Shown: one piece after another, positions 63,342-64,000 of the stretch
Numbering within the stretch: the first letter of the stretch is position 1
Layout of the letters: each line of letters begins with the position of its first letter
Origin: Verrucomicrobiota bacterium
GTDB taxonomy: Bacteria; Verrucomicrobiota; Verrucomicrobiia; Limisphaerales; JAXMHQ01
Direction of reading: 5' to 3'
DNA: 64,000 nt
Assembly (NCBI GenBank): GCA_046346665.1
Contig: JAXMHQ010000030.1
Coordinates: 747-64,746 of the forward strand
Made by a program: the position numbers and the translations under genes
Notes under the pieces: generated by a model
Seen by the model: the letters and a program-made list of their open reading frames with translations, nothing else
What the model was told of the DNA's origin: nothing
Database searches by the model: none

Positions 63342-63721
63342 ATGAACAGCGAATCCAAATTCTGCAATTGCGCCTCGCGGTTGGCGACGGCGGCCGCCGT
63401 TCTGGGCGCGTTTCTCATCGTGTTCGTGCTGGTGTGGGCGATGCGGCATTACACGCAGCCGGCGCCGCTGAACGCGAACCGGGCCGCGGAACGGGCGAAG
63501 GCCCTCGCCGAATTGCGCGCCGCCGAGGCCGAAGCGCCGCACACCACCGCCTGGCTCGACCAGGGCAAGGGCATTGTCCGGCTCCGGATCGAGGATGCGA
63601 TGGCGCTGTCGAGCGCGAATGGCGGAAACCCGCTGCCGGCCGTTCGAACCTGGTGGCGCGCGTGGAGAAGGCGACCTTCGTGCCGCCGCCGCCGCCCCCG
63701 AAGCCCAGCGCATTCGAGTGA
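63342..63721 (+). pseudogene. Small single-pass membrane protein of the ACIII/oxidase cluster, apparent 1-nt frameshift
   Basis: Frame 0 gives MNSESKFC...AAAVLGAFLIVFVLVWAM...GKGIVRLRIEDAMAL and then degenerates into Arg-rich sequence. Frame 2 continues with the plausible EREWRKPAAGRSNLVARVEKATFVPPPPPPKPSAFE and a stop. Confidence 0.45.
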
Positions 63722-63729
63722 GCGTTGCC

Positions 63730-64000
63730 ATGGCCGTCAACTCCCCAGGCGATCAACAGTCGTCCATCGACGCCTCCTGCCGATGGCCGTTGGCCGCGCT
63801 GTTTCTCGGCGCCGCCGCCTGGCTCGTGCTCGGATCCCTGCTGGCCCTCGTCGCGTCGCTCCACTTCCATTCCCCCCAACTGCTCGCCGGCCATGCGTGG
63901 CTGACCTACGGACGCCTCCACGCCGCTGCCGTCGACGCCCAATGGTACGGCTTCGCCATCCCGGCCGCGCTCGGCGCCGCCCTCTGGATCGTCGCCCGCC
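63730..64000 (+). CDS. cbb3-type cytochrome c oxidase subunit I (CcoN)-like, 3' end cut by window edge
   Basis: Manual translation gives MAVNSPGDQQSSIDASCRWPLAALFLGAAAWLVLGSLLALVASLHFHSPQLLAGHAWLTYGRLHAAAVDAQWYGFAIPA..., which resembles the CcoN N-terminus (LTYGRLRP.H.NA). Not in the ORF track because it runs off the window. Confidence 0.5.
   Translation, partial: MAVNSPGDQQSSIDASCRWPLAALFLGAAAWLVLGSLLALVASLHFHSPQLLAGHAWLTYGRLHAAAVDAQWYGFAIPAALGAALWIVAR

Noticed and set aside
63368-63721. 117-aa ORF as an independent gene
   Set aside because: Its first ~75 residues are Arg/Gly-rich shadow sequence. Only the last ~35 residues look protein-like and they continue the frame-0 gene starting at 63342. 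It is interpreted as the 3' part of a frameshifted gene.

Overview
High-GC bacterial chromosome segment. Gene content and repeat style suggest the PVC superphylum, Verrucomicrobiota-like (inference only; all family calls come from motifs read by eye, no searches run). Contents in order:
- addB/addA recombination helicase-nuclease. addA is interrupted by one in-frame TAG next to an inserted palindromic repeat.
- A membrane-anchored GrpE-fold protein, a small Zn-ribbon protein, and rsmB.
- A GreA-C-domain protein and a beta-helix protein, each broken by clustered frameshifts.
- rpmE-prfA, a HAD hydrolase, an orphan four-helix-bundle (Avd/23S-IVS family) gene, and proC.
- An ECF sigma / anti-sigma / large membrane protein module.
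- The rpmH-rnpA-yidD-yidC-jag cluster, divergent from rpsL-rpsG-fusA. No tuf follows fusA.
- An ISAs1-family IS with intact inverted repeats and target duplication, then gpx.
- rpsJ-rplC-rplD-rplW, an S10 operon that stops at a strong terminator after rplW.
- hypA plus a six-gene Ech-type group-4 [NiFe]-hydrogenase cluster. Its EchC small subunit is fused to a GNAT acetyltransferase domain. A GltD/NfnB-like FAD oxidoreductase follows.
- tRNA-Val(CAC), a duplicated-domain protein with a ComEA-like HhH tail, and two giant secreted proteins (RCC1+Ig repeats, 1693 aa from the ATG at 41536; PATR-like, 981 aa).
- rnhB, yraN, dus, an MnmC-like methyltransferase, and a class-V aminotransferase.
- A complete Alternative Complex III operon (actABCDEF), followed by a frameshifted small membrane gene and the start of a cbb3-type CcoN.

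The most unusual signal is not a gene. Nearly every intergenic region is filled with at least eight families of short repeat modules. Many are tandem heptanucleotides. They pair as nested inverted repeats, forming 'Russian-doll' palindromes up to about 330 bp. They also intrude into coding sequence, supplying stop codons, start codons and in-frame heptad peptide tails. Long antisense ORFs in the track are GC-driven shadows.
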